A stretch of 63,939 nucleotides of DNA, counting the filler, from Octopus bimaculoides (taxonomy: Eukaryota), in NCBI RefSeq assembly GCF_001194135.2. It is 5 parts of 5 records of this genome, joined end to end, with 100 filler letters (N's around TTAATTAATTAA, not from the genome) between each part and the next. Parts side by side here need not be neighbours in the genome. Positions count along the whole stretch, not along the records: positions 26,899 to 42,723 come from NC_068988.1; positions 42,824 to 59,088 come from NC_068981.1; 3 more parts are not named here. The stretch is one strand, 5' to 3'. The stretch's first letter is position 1. Each line of letters begins with the position of its first letter. A model generated the notes under the pieces. The model was not told where the DNA came from and made no database searches. It saw nothing but the letters and a program-made list of their open reading frames with translations. A program made the translations under genes and the position numbers. Positions 37,208-50,385 of this stretch are shown piece after piece.

Positions 37208-38060
37208 GCTGTATAAATCAGGTTGATTAATCGAGTCTTCGAAATGGACAGCTAATGAAACACATTTGTAATACGTTCACGATAAAGTTCCCTGGAGGTC
37301 CACAACAAATAGAATAGTAAAATCCTGAAATAATGGAAAAAAATACTGAAGGAACTAATTAATAAATAGTGAAAAGAGCCAAATNNNNNNNNNNNNNNNN
37401 NNNNNNNNNNNNNNNNNNNNNNNNNNNNNNNNNNNNNNNNNNNNNNNNNNNNNNNNNNNNNNNNNNNNNNNNNNNNNNNNNNNNNNNNNNNNNNNNNNNN
37501 NNNNNNNNNNNNNNNNNNNNNNNNNNNNNNNNNNNNNNNNNNNNNNNNNNNNNNNNNNNNNNNNNNNNNNNNNNNNNNNNNNNNNNNNNNNNNNNNNNNN
37601 NNNNNNNNNNNNNNNNNNNNNNNNNNNNNNNNNNNNNNNNNNNNNNNNNNNNNNNNNNNNNNNNNNNNNNNNNNNNNNNNNNNNNNNNNNNNNNNNNNNN
37701 NNNNNNNNNNNNNNNNNNNNNNNNNNNNNNNNNNNNNNNNNNNNNNNNNNNNNNNNNNNNNNNNNNNNNNNNNNNNNNNNNNNNNNGCTAAACAACACAA
37801 CAGCAGCAACAACAACAAAACCACCACCACCACCACCACCAACACCACCGCCACCACCATCATCATGATCATCATCATGTTCATTAATTTCACCTTTTTG
37901 ATCTTCGTCTTATCACAGCCAAATGGTTAAAAGGTTTGCTACTCAGTTCTACATACTTCAAGTTCGATCACACTCCTCGAGTAAATTCTCAGCCATGGAT
38001 TTCTCCGAGCCTTGTGAGTGAAACTGGATTAAAGAATTACAGATTAAAGAAGTACACACA

Positions 38061-40935
38061 CATCCAACTTAACATGGACGTCTTTTTAAGAACTCGAATA
38101 CTACGTAATCAGCCTTGAAAGATCCTCTCATATCGGGGCCTGGTGCATAAAATCACACAGATCGTAGCAAACAAAATTCGTCTGGCATGGAAGCCGGAAT
38201 TCCCATATCACGTGATTTCGTTCTATTGGACCTCCTTAGTGGGAAGCACCGGTCGCTGCATGCCAGCCAAATCTATATGAGAGTGTCACTCAAGGCTAAT
38301 AACGTAATATTCAGTGTTTTAACAAGTCATTCATGTTAAGTTGGATATAAAGATTACCTTTTTGTATAAATACTGCTTCCATCCCTAATAATTAATTTTT
38401 AAAAAGCTTGCGGGTTATTTGCGACATCAGCGTCTGAAATGACGCTGATTACACAATGTAACACATGTTTTGTTTATTTGTATTTTTTAATATTCATATA
38501 TGCATTTTTTGCTACTAAATTCAAAAATCACATTCGTTTTGACGTAACATCGATAGTTATTTATTTATTCCTAATTTCATATTTGTTCGTTATATTTGTA
38601 ACTTTTCTCTACAGCACTTTGTTGGTTCAATCAGTTCTAGTATTGTAAGGATAATTACACAACATTTAGTACTTTTTCATATATTGAAAAGTATTTAGGA
38701 AGTATAATATTAGTTAGAACAAAAAGAAACAATAAAACTCTGCACTGTAAATGCCTTGATGACTCTTTTCTTAAGATAAGAAGTGCTTTGACGATCGNNN
38801 NNNNNNNNNNNNNNNNNNNNNNNNNNNNNNNNNNNNNNNNNNNNNNNNNNNNNNNNNNNNNNNNNNNNNNNNNNNNNNNNNNNNNNNNNNNNNNNNNNNN
38901 NNNNNNNNNNNNNNNNNNNNNNNNNNNNNNNNNNNNNNNNNNNNNNNNAAGGACATACGACAACCCATTTTCTCGATGTTTTCAATAAGCTTTGCTACCA
39001 GCTGTTTGTAATTGGGATCCTTGTGATTTCCTAGGAATCCCCGAACTACATCACGAAATGCACACCAAGCTTCTTTTTCAACTTTTGTCATTGCTTGTTC
39101 CAGTTTCTTCAACTTTAACATTGCATTTACTTGGGGCCCAACAAATATGCCACCCTTGATCTTAGCCTCAGATAGCTTTGGAAACATAAGACGAATTTCT
39201 TGAAAAGCTTCTCCTCTAAAATCTAAGGCTTTCACAAACTGTTTTACCAATCCGAGTTTGATATGAAGTGGGGGTAATAAGATTTTGTTGGAATCTACTA
39301 GAGGCTGTTTGAGAACATTTAACATTCCTGGCTGCAGTTCCACTCGTGGGGGCCAATGTACTCTCTTGTAATGATCATCATCAGCTCTGCTGTNNNNNNN
39401 NNNTTTGAGAACATTTAACATTCCTGGCTGCAGTTCCACTCGTGGGGGCCAATGTACTCTCTTGTAATGATCATCATCAGCTCTGCTGTCCCATAAGCAA
39501 AGGAAACACGAATACTTTGTTTACCCCACTTTCAAGCCAAGCAAGAAGGCAAGCATCTTGAAATCATCACAAACATCCCACTTGAACCCAACGTAATTTA
39601 TTTTGTCGAGAAGTTCTTTGATATTATCGTAATTTTCTTTCTTCTGTATGGAGTGTGCAAGAGGCAGAGAAGGATATTAATTTCCATCGTGGAGCAACAT
39701 TGCTTTGAGACTTCGTGTTGAGCTATCTATGAACAGTCGCCATTCTGCAGAATCATGTTTGAGTCCAATAGCAGTAAACAAATCAATCACATCTTTACAA
39801 TAACACAAATCATTAATATTTTCATAGTAAATTTCAAATTCTTCATGGCGTTTCCAGTACACAGATATCTTGCAGTCTCCCCCCAGTAGATTCCATTCCT
39901 TCAACTTTGATGAAAGAAGTTCAGCTCCTGACTTAGTAAGACCCAGATCCTTGGTTAAATCATCTACCTCACTCTGATTTGGAAAGTGAGGCTCCGAAGT
40001 CGTTCTTGGTACGAAAGCTTCCTCCATTTCTTGACTGCTACTTGTTGACTCTTCAGATGAAATATTTTCTGGTGGTAGTGGTACTCGTAAATTGTCATCA
40101 AGTGGGACAGGTACTCTAAATGATGGTATGTCTGGATACTGGAGAGCTTGTCTTCCTTTCACTTTTCTGTACTTTGTCACATTGATCATACAAAAGTAAC
40201 AGTCATCATGATGGTTCTTTGGCTCTCTCCATATCCTTGGAATGGCAAAAGGTGTTGACCTTCCTGTACCTCTTAACCATCCTTCTAGAGTAGATCGACA
40301 GCTTCCACATATCACATGTGGAGCCCATGGTTTATCCTGGTCACCCATGGGTATTCCGAAATAGAGTCTGTACGCTATCCACAATTTGGCACCTTTCACG
40401 ATCTTATGTAATACCTACTTTTTTCCCAATATAATAACCACACACATAGCAAAATGTATCTGGAGAATTTTTACAAAGTCTAGTAGCCATTCTGAAAGTA
40501 GCAGAACTTAGTAGTTGGTCTGAAAGAGAAAATTAGACATAAATTTAGTAGCGGAACGTTATAACAATACCGAATATATAACATTGAAAATCGACATATT
40601 TTTTTAACTGTTGATGATACACAAATATTATTTTCATTTTTGGAATCAGCAGAAAAAATGGATTGATAAACAATAAAAGAAATACAATAAACAAATGTTT
40701 TTTTTGAAAATTGTTACGCTGTGTTATATATCGTAACAGCAAGATGTAGCTCCCATGCAACGCCCAGTGCTTCCCACGGAGAAAGTCCAATAAGACGAAA
40801 TCACCTGATATGGGAATTCCGACGCCCATGACAGACTGTCAGCTACGATCTATGTGTGTGCTTTTATGAACCAAGCGCCTATATGAGAGGGTCTCACAAG
40901 GCTAATAACAGAATTCAGAGTTCTAACAAAGCATC
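38061..40935 (-). mobile_element. Chapaev3-like (CMC/Transib-related) DNA transposon, decayed
   Basis: Transposase remnants flanked by about 170-bp inverted repeats (38110-38275 vs 40741-40905); exact termini unclear, right end cut by a SINE. Confidence 0.7.
38950..40490 (-). pseudogene. Transposase pseudogene with zinc-binding N-terminal domain
   Basis: MATRLCKNSPDTFCYVCG...GDQDKPWAPHVICGSC...WREPKNHHDDCYFC...WRLFIDSS...CFLCLWD...LPPLHIKLGLVKQFVKAL...FVGPQ; three in-frame stops (near 40415, 39678, 39522). Confidence 0.88.
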
Positions 40936-41230
40936 CACATTAAGTTCCAGTTAAGGGTTCCAGCTGATCCGATCAACGGAACAGCCTGCTCGTGAAATTA
41001 ACGTGCAAGTGGCTGAGTACTCCACAGACACATGTGCCCTTAACATAGTTCTCAAGGAGATTCAGTGTGAAACAGAGTGTAACAGGAGAGATGAGGTAAT
41101 TCACAATGGCTGCTACATCACACTTCCAGCTTTGGAATTGGAAAAGTAATGATAAAAATTTGACAAATGACTCATTATGCCCCCACTCTCTCCCTCTCTT
41201 TCTCTTTCTCTCTCCGTATATATGTATGTA

Positions 41231-41306
<76 letters not shown>

Positions 41307-41688
41307 TATGTATATATCTATGTATGTGTGTCTTAGTGTTTGTGTTTGTCCTGCATCACCGCTTGACAACCAGTGATGGCTTGGTTCTCTTAACATAGCG
41401 GTTCACCAAAAGCGAACCAATAAAATAAGAAAATAAGAAATGCCCTCGATGAATTCAACTAAACTTGTCAAGTCGGTACCTAAGTATGGCCACAGTTTAA
41501 TAAGTGAAACAAGTAAAATATAAACGATAAAATATAATCGATTTTTATTATAATATTTTGCCTAAGCATTTGCTGAATTAGACAATGATGTTTATTTAGC
41601 ACACTTGAAAACCACAATCGCCTCTATTTTTATTCTCTTGATATTTTGCAGACATTTTAAGGGATCTGTTTGTCAAGTTTTGTTTTGC

Positions 41689-41731
41689 ATGGTCTCGCTT
41701 CGTCTCGCTTTGAGTGTTACATTCGTGTTAG
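41689..41731 (+). CDS. Candidate signal-peptide exon MVSLRLALSVTFVL (phase 1 donor)
   Basis: Acceptor gatattttgcag at 41651, ATG at 41689, donor AG|gtaaaa; hydrophobic; no homology recognised. Confidence 0.3.
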
Positions 41732-42376
41732 GTAAAACGTCTTGAGACTTAGAGAACAATTTTCTTTTATATAAATATCCGAGGGAAACACAATTTATAT
41801 CTTAAGTATGAATCAATGAAAATTTAGTCGGACCAGACAACTAGATTAATCACAGGAGAGGAAAGTGTCGCTAAAAAAATTTAACCAGCGAGATTTCCAG
41901 ACAGGAGCAAAAATATATAATTTATAGAGAAGTTATGAATTATTCAAAAGCAGACGACTTTAAACGATTCACGAATATATTGTATGTTGATGAAGTGTTA
42001 CATCAGTCCATTCCATATTTATTCCTTTGCCATTTAAGTAAATAATCACAAAAATATTATTCCTAGCAAGCGTTTACGAGTTGGAAAATTATTATAGTTT
42101 TATTCGCATCAGTTGTGATTTCGAATTTCTTCAGAAACAATATGTCGCGTTCTGTTAGAAATCGTTTAGCATAATAATTGAAATGAAAAAGTAGAAAAAA
42201 AAAGACACTGAGATGTGGTAATATTATGAAAGACTGTGATCGGTGAGGATTCTATACGTTGACGATACAACAAAGGAGTATGTACGTAGTCCTTTGACCT
42301 GGTAGTAATATCACACAAATTTCTTTCAGATTGTTTTCCTGGGTAAATTTTACCTATAGGTATGTATGTATGTATG

Positions 42377-42409
<33 letters not shown>

Positions 42410-42419
42410 GTAAATATAT

Positions 42420-42723
42420 AAAAATAAAAAGATAAAGAAAGCAATGATAAGGTTGGAGAAGTATTTTATGGATAGAGTCTTACAGCTGTTTCTGGGAAGA
42501 TCCAGTACTTCCCTTCACCGGAGACAGAAAAAATAAACGAATCTATTATTATATCCATAGGCGGATATTTTTTAGTATGAAGTGGTAAAGAGTGCGATGC
42601 GCTGAAAAAAAGAGAGAACAGTACTTGAAGTGTAGTTTCATTCCAGTAGTAAATATCCGTGTAAAAATCCGTGTAAAGTAATCCTTGTGGGGATAATCCG
42701 GAAATAGATGTTGGAGCGAAGGC
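42420..42723 (-). mobile_element. Penelope-like 3' end / pseudo-LTR
   Basis: LSPQGL-like coding end, followed on the minus strand by a minimal hammerhead fold. Confidence 0.55.
42477..42525 (-). ncRNA. Minimal type I hammerhead ribozyme relic
   Basis: Minus strand: GTCT-CCGGTGA-aGGGAAG tactggat CTTCCCa-GAAA-CAGCTG-TA-AGAC; stems I and II pair and stem III is palindromic; two core substitutions vs CUGANGA. Confidence 0.65.
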
Positions 42724-42823
42724 NNNNNNNNNNNNNNNNNNNNNNNNNNNNNNNNNNNNNNNNNNNNTTAATTAATTAANNNNNNNNNNNNNNNNNNNNN
42801 NNNNNNNNNNNNNNNNNNNNNNN

Positions 42824-43760
42824 CGGATCTTTGGGGTTTGACGGGCAACATTTATTTTCTTAACGAAACACTTTCAAACTTGGGACACTGATAGAATGTT
42901 TCATATTAAACAACTTCTTCTCTTAACCTTCTTAACAAACTTTTGTACTTTGCAAGTTATTTCATGTTAAAGTTGTCGTATTTCTGTAATTTCAACCAAT
43001 CACTGACGTCTATTCAGCTGAATACAGTTACCGCTGGCCGGTCATAAAAATGTTATTCCTTGTGACATATTTCATCCGGTTTAATCGTAATTTATACGCA
43101 TATATTGTGTTGTATTTCCCTCGGAAGACTCGCAGAGATAACACAACGAGTTATACAAATTTAATTATTACATTTATTATTCAATTACATACAAAGAACG
43201 CACTCACCCAATGTTCGTTATGAATAAACAAAAGTCATGTCCGCCATATATATATCAATGACATTTTACTACGACAGTCACACAAGACAACAACAATGAA
43301 ACAATGAACTCAGAGGAACCACAGTGACACACGGAACGTCAGACGAATTACATATCTAACAGTCCATATAACATATTGTTTATATAATAAATTACGCTGT
43401 GCGTATCTGTGTGTGTAACAATTTTAGAGTTTGGATTCTAGAGTTAGGGTTAGTTTTAGGGTTACGGTTAGGCTTTTCTCCCTTTGTTTACAAACAGTCT
43501 AGTTGATCGGAAATGTCAGAACTAACGGGGATTAATACGATATACACCGTTACAGCGCTAACTGTTTTCAACTGAATAGACGTCAGTGATTAGTTGAAAT
43601 TATCGAAATAAGACAATTTTTATCGTGAAATAACTTCGAATACAAAATTTTTTATCTGTTCTATACCACAAAATATACAAGTATACGAAGTTTGAAAGTA
43701 TTTCGGTACCAAAAACACTACATAAAAAATGTTGCCCGTCAAACCCCAAAGATCCATGTT
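42824..43760. mobile_element. Non-autonomous DNA transposon (MITE) with about 200-bp imperfect TIRs
   Basis: ggatctttggggtttgacgggcaacat... / ...atgttgcccgtcaaaccccaaagatcc; internal TTAGGG-like tract at 43444-43472; no ORF. Confidence 0.88.
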
Positions 43761-44912
43761 ATCTTATCTGCAGGGATGTAAAATATATTGTTCCACTCAG
43801 AAACAACGAAATGCCCGCGGCAAATTTGAACTCATTTTCTATGAGTATGTAGTCCAATAACTTGTCCATCCAGCTTTCTCGCTACTACTACTATTATACA
43901 CGTTTCTGGTTTGAGAACAAGAGCAGCTATTTTGAGCGAAGAGGTTTGTCGATACCATCGACCCCGGAGAGATGAAAGACACAGTTGACCTCAACGGTAT
44001 TGGAACTCTAAGTAAAGAGCCAGAACAAATGCTGCATGATATTATTTCTGCCACTCAGACAATGCTGCCAATCCATCATACTTACGTGTTTCTAGTACAA
44101 GAAGAAGGCCTGGAATTTAGGGGAGGGGGTAAATCTATACCGTCGACCCTAGTACTTGACTGGCACTTTAGTTTATCGACCCCGGAGGAATGAAACGCAA
44201 AGTTGACTTTAGACTGAATTGAACTCAGAACGAAAACAGTCGGAAGAAATACCATAAGGCATCTTTTCCGGTACTTTAACGATTCTGCCAGCTCCATTGT
44301 CTTTAACATTTATTTCTAATTTAGAATGAAGGCCAATAATTTTGTAAGAAGTGAGTTACTCAATTCCATCGACTCCACTATTAACTCGAACTTTATTCTA
44401 ACAACCCCACAAAAGATTAAAGGCAAAGCTGACCTCAGCGGAGTTTGAACTCCAGACGCAAAGAGATGGAACAGACATAACATTTCAATCTCATACCACT
44501 TGGTTTTCATTGGTTTTCCACTATTATGACTATGCAAAAGTCTCCAGAATACAATAGAATGTTTATAAAGGATGCTAAAACAAAATAATATTGATGAAAT
44601 GGTTAATGTTCTCAAGAGCCAAAATATAGTTGCTTCAACATATCTTTATACTGAGATTAAAATACAAAAGAGAATTCGAATCGTCTGCATGTTATCAAAC
44701 TGCAGGAAAGAAAAAAAAACATAGAAAGCATTGTTCATTTTTTAAATACTATCATTCTTACTGCATCATCACTTCCTCAGTGTAGCATTTATCCTAAATA
44801 TATTATTTTTTCTTATATATATNNNNNNNNNNNNNNNNNNNNNNNNNNNNNNNNNNNNNNNNNNNNNNNNNNNNNNNNNNNNNNNNNNNNNNNNNNNNNN
44901 NNNNNNNNNNNN

Positions 44913-44952
<40 letters not shown>

Positions 44953-45544
44953 TTTCTTCAGTTACAAGAGATATATTTTCTAATATTATATAAACCTATA
45001 TAACAGATTAGAGTCTCTTTTGTGATCTGTTTGATGTGGGTATTGTTCGTATTTTTTTGTTATGTCATCGTTGTTGTTTTTATGCTCCACATATTTTAGG
45101 TGCTCTTCGTAAAAAAATATAATAAAACAGAAAATGACGTATCTATTTGCTTTGTTATGGTTATTTTAGTTAGTCATGAATAAGAAAATTTTATATTATT
45201 TTTTAATTTTAATTTTATTTTTCACTCCCGAATCTAAAATATTTCTGTATGAAATACAGCAAAGAATCACGTCTGTTTGCTTTTCGAAGATTAACTCAAA
45301 TTAGACACTGAAAATTCACTACAGTAACTTTAGGAATTGTGTGTCTGTGTGTTGGCCTATGAGCTCATATAAACACGGTTATATCCAAATGATTAAGAAA
45401 TTCGCTTCACAATCTTGAAGTCTTACAATCTATCCCAGTGCCTGGCAAACTGGGATCTGTCTTTTATTATATACATACATTTACATGCATATTATATACA
45501 TATATGCACATATATGTACTCACACACACACACACACACACACG

Positions 45545-45672
45545 TTATTAAAACTGAAGCCGAGAGCTTGTCTCACGACTCGAGTTTCATGCTATTGTGA
45601 TCTTCACACCTTAAGATCGCAGTGGTGTGAAACCCGAGTTGAGAAACCAGCTCTTAGCTTCAATTTTGATAA
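45545..45672. repeat. Long imperfect hairpin (about 58-bp stem, 8-nt loop)
   Basis: aaactgaagccgagagct...gtgatctt cacacctt aagatcgc...agctcttagcttcaattt. Confidence 0.85.
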
Positions 45673-46904
45673 AAATAAATCTCATATTCTGTATAATATG
45701 TTTTGATTACGTTTTTCTCATTTGTCCGACATTAAGCCACGTGGGACAAGTACCTGTGGACTACTCCAACCAATTGCAGAAAATATACGGAGTAGATAAG
45801 TCAGACAGCCAACAGGGACGGAGGAGTAGTGACAGGGCCTCTATATAGTCACTTGACCTGCTACAAATAACAATTAACTCTTCCTCAAATTACACTGTCT
45901 AAAACTAAGAAAGAAGCAGCGAAGTAGCAGACTGGTTGCGACGTCGGAAGGAATGTCTTGTGGTGTTTTTGTTCCGGTTCCCTGTGTTCTGTGTTCAAGT
46001 CCTGGTAATATCAGCTTTACCTTTCCGGGGTCGATAAATAATGTACCAATCAAGTACTAGGATCAATTCTTTCTCTTTCTGACTACTTTGTGTTTTGAGA
46101 AGGATTTTCGGAAACCACACAGCGTCTTTTTCTCGAAATATGGAAAAGGATTGATAGGGAGAAGGGGAACTAGAAACACCTTCTCATAGAAAAACTTATA
46201 TGCAACTGGAACTGTCTCAAAACAGAGCAAGATTAAAGAAAAGAGACCTTAAATAATATAGTTTTGGGTTAGATTACCCTGAACTGTCTTTGAAATAAAA
46301 TGGTATGAATAGAACAGAAATACTTTTGACAATAAATCTGATCGGTTAGGTCCAGCCTGGGGTTAAACAACAACAATGGTAGAATCGAAATCGACCGTGT
46401 TTGTTTTAGTCAAGCAAACATCACTTCTTCAAGTAAACACAAATCAGTCAACCAGTGTTATAGTGGTTGCGCTGCTAATATTTCTATTGTCTTCGTCGAT
46501 TACCAATTCTCTTTCTAATTAGTTGAAAGCAATTAGAAATTCAACATTAGCTGCTTAATAATTAACCGACGAAATTGTTGGCGAGCCGGATGAATATTGG
46601 CTGCAGAGAAACCATTGTATTTCCAGTAAGTTTAGTTTCTACTCAATATGAATGACATCGTTTCGCACCAGGAGATCGAGTTATGAAGACGTTGCTAATC
46701 TTCCTGTTGTATTAAATACAGCCAACTTGTTGTTTCACTGACACAGAATGATATCATATCAGGCTTATTCAGTTGTAATATTAGTTATTTTCTTCATCGT
46801 CTTCTTTTCCGTATTTTCTTCATACTCTAATGGTTTGGCAATAAGTAATGTGTGACACGGTGGGGGTGTTCTATGTAATGAAAGTAGTTGTCAAGGAACT
46901 TATA

Positions 46905-47700
46905 TTATCAGATCATCCCATAAGTTCAGTCCGAATTTTGAATAAATAAAACAAGTGATCAAATGTTATATTTAATTGAAATTTAATCATCAATGTACTT
47001 ACCCTGATTATCTATGACTTCCTTCCATCTATTTACAAGTTTTTTAATCCCATCAATGTAAAACTCTTTTGGTTTCAAAGCGAAGAACTCTGAAATGTCA
47101 GTTTCGACCTCCTCCTGGCTTGCGAAAGTTATGTCACCCAAATGATTCTGTAAACTACGAAACAAATGGTAGTCTGAAGGAGCAAGGTCGGGAGAATATG
47201 GTGGTTGAGAAATTTTTTCCCAACCAAGCTCGTCGATTTTCTGTGATGTGATTTTTGCAGTGTGGGTTCGCACATTGTCCTGATGAAACATCACTCCTTT
47301 CGAGTCACTAAAGCGAGTCTTTTCTTCTTCAAAGCTTGGTTCAAATGCTCTAATTGCTGACAGTAGACTTGAGCATTGAATTGTTGCATTAAGTGGTGAC
47401 AATTCAAAGTGAATTACTCCTTTGCAATCCCACCAGATAGAGAGAAGAACCTTTTTTCCGTGAAGTTACCTTCTCGGTTGTGGTTGAGCTTTTTCCCTTT
47501 TACCAAGCCGCTGTTTACGACATTCAACATTTTGATAGAAGATCCATTTTTCGTCACCAGTCACAAGTCTATTCAAAAAGGGTGAAATGAGTTCGCGAAA
47601 ATGGAGAGAAGAGCAGATGTCAACTTGGGATTTGCGGTTGCTTTCGGACAATTCATGAGGCACCCGTTTTCCAAGTTTAGGAACCTTTCCAAGAATATTG
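46905..47700 (-). mobile_element. mariner (DD34D) transposase pseudogene, 5'-truncated, with 3' TIR
   Basis: VPHEL, VTGDEKW, FHQDN and PPYSPDLAPSDYHLF motifs; frameshift near 47420-47466; TIR-like ttatcagatcatcccataagttc. Confidence 0.93.
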
Positions 47701-48949
47701 TGACATTTTTTTAAAGACGAAAATATCCGGCTTAGTATGCTGTTTATTTTTGTCCCTTTAAGCTGTGCGCTTGTGCGCACACGTTTTATTGCCAGGAAGG
47801 AAAAAATGAGCGTACACAAATTTTTCAAGATTAAATTGGAATTTTTTTTAATTGGAAAGGTTTCAGCAGTGCATACACGCATGGGTGTGCATATAATTTA
47901 TAAAGAAAGAAGCACTAAGCACACACACAGAGCAAAAAAAAGAAAAAAAATGGGGGCAACTTTATTCACGAGAAATATACGTTGATTATATACACGCGCA
48001 AGATTACACAGCTTCAAGAGAAAAATACAGTTGATTATATTTACCTCAGAACTTCATTTTATCGGCCTTGCCACCCGGAACCACGAAGGACAAAAACTTA
48101 TCGTTGACAAAATTAGAACTCATAGTGTTAATATATATATATCTATAAATATTGCAGGACATGTCCACCTCTACCAAATCTGCCAGTCAGCTGCCGTCGC
48201 ATATTGGTATGTATTAGTAAATATTTTATTGGTTTGTGCGTTCATTTTGTGCATTTAAGTTAAATATGCTACTTTCATCAGTGGTTATCAATATTTTTGA
48301 CTTCATGGCTCACTGGCAATCAAAGAAAAAACCGACTGGAGCAGTTCGCATGGAATGACAAAAATTATAAGCGAACTTCGCATGGAAAGCGGAGGAAAAA
48401 CTGTTTTAAAGTTAAAGATTTTAAATATAGAAACCTATTGCTTACCTTGTTTTATTAAACATATTCATGTCTAATAAAAGTATAAAAAAATTATATTATA
48501 AACATACTAATAATGTTTTTCAAGACGCTCACGTATTAGTATAAATTTTCTAAAACCTTAAAGAATATTAAAAAAAAAAACTTACGATGCGCTGTTTCAG
48601 ACTCACTGGTTCATATCAACAAATTTGCCATCCATTTTATTAATCATATTTGTATTTAATAAAATTGTGAATAATACGTTTTTCAAGACACTCAAATATT
48701 AGTATAGATTTTTCTAAAGCTTTAAGTAATATTTTTAAAACTTGCATTGCATCGTTTCGTATTCACTGGTTTAGATAAACAAGTTTTGCCATTCATTTCT
48801 TTTTTTTTTTTTATTGTTCGTAAATAGTTTAAAATAGCTCGCCCGATATGTAATTGTTTCAGTTCCAACACACAATCTCGGTTCAGATTATTTGCCAAAC
48901 AACTCCCACTCCGAAACAACCATGAAATATTGGTTTTAAGTTTTGGCAT

Positions 48950-50385
48950 ACGGCCAGCAATTTCATCGACCCCAGTGTTAAACTGATACTTATTTTATCG
49001 ACCCAAAAAATATGAAAGGTGGGGTTGAGTTGGGTGGAATTTGAACTCAGAACGTAAAGACAGACGAAATGCCGCTAAGAATTTTGCCCAGCGTGCTAAC
49101 AATTCTTCCAGATCGCTGCCTTAACAAACATGAAATTTTTTTTCTATATGTATTTTGTCTCTGAACTCAAGGCAACGAGCCGGCAAAGTCATTAGAACAT
49201 CGGACAAAATGCATTACGGAATTTCTTACAACTATTTTTCAATCTGAGTTCCTGATATCATCTTTGCTTTTCGTCCCTCTTAAGACAGTTGAAATACAGT
49301 ACCAGTTAAATACTGGGAGAGGAGGATCGACGGTATCGACTAATTCCCTCTTCTCCCCTCAAAATTACTGTTCTTGTACCTAAATCAGAAATATTTTGTT
49401 TCTAAAGGAAAATTGTTAGGTGTCGGACAAAAATAGTTGTAGTACTTCTTTTGTTCGGAGTTCAAATCTCACCGAGATCAACTAAGCATTTCATCACTCC
49501 GTATCTGTAAATTCTAGGAGTGATATAACCGATTAATCCTCCATCTTCCAAATTTCAGGCCTTCATCATAAATTAGAAACAATTATTTTGCTCCTAAAAG
49601 ATATTGGTGTCAAATTTTTGGCACAAAGCCAGCAAATTCGAGAAAGGGAACTAGTCGATTATATCGACCCCAGTGATCAACTGGTACTTATTTTATCAAC
49701 CCTAAAAGGATGAAAGGCAAAGTCGAACTCAGAACGTAAAGACGGACGAAATGCTGCAAAGCATTTTGCCCCGTGTACTAACAATTCTGCCTGCTCGCGG
49801 CATTATTGCACCCCCACCACCAAATATTGATTTCTAACATTAGCATAAAGTTACGAATTATTTTTAGTACGTGGTGGGACTATACTAACCCCAATGGTTG
49901 ATTGGAACCTATTATATTTATTTCGTTATTGCCAACAGGGGGCTAAATATAGAGGGGACAAACAAGACCAGAAAAAGGGAGGGCGGATAGCTGGCAGAAA
50001 CGTTAGCTCGCCGGGCGAAATGCTTAGCGGTATTTCGTCTGCCGTTACGCTCTGAGTTCAAATTCCGCCAAGGTCGACTTTGCCTTTCATCCTTTCGGGG
50101 TCGATAAATTAAGTACCAGTTGCGTACTGGAGTCGATCTAATCGACTGGCCTCCTCCTCAAAAATTTCGGGCTTTGTACCTAGAGTAGAAAAGAAACAAG
50201 GCCAGACAAAGGGATTAAGTCGATTACATCGACCCCGGTGCGTAACTGGTACTCATTTAATCTGTCCTGAAAGGATGAAAGGCAAAGTCGACCTCGGCGG
50301 AACTTGAACTCAGAACGTAACGGTAGACGAAATGCCGCAAAACATTTCGTCCGGCGTGCTAACGATTCTGTCAGCTCACCGCCCT
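48950..50385. mobile_element. Cluster of five SINE family D copies, including a tail-to-tail inverted pair at 49983-50385
   Basis: Direct alignment of copies. Confidence 0.85.

Noticed and set aside
39310-39490. Direct duplications flanking 10-N gaps (also 4184-4306, 59266-59370, 62165-62270)
   Set aside because: Unmerged overlapping contig ends, not biological repeats
48508-48800. Diverged tandem duplication with about 165-bp period
   Set aside because: AT-rich, two copies only, no structure or coding signal
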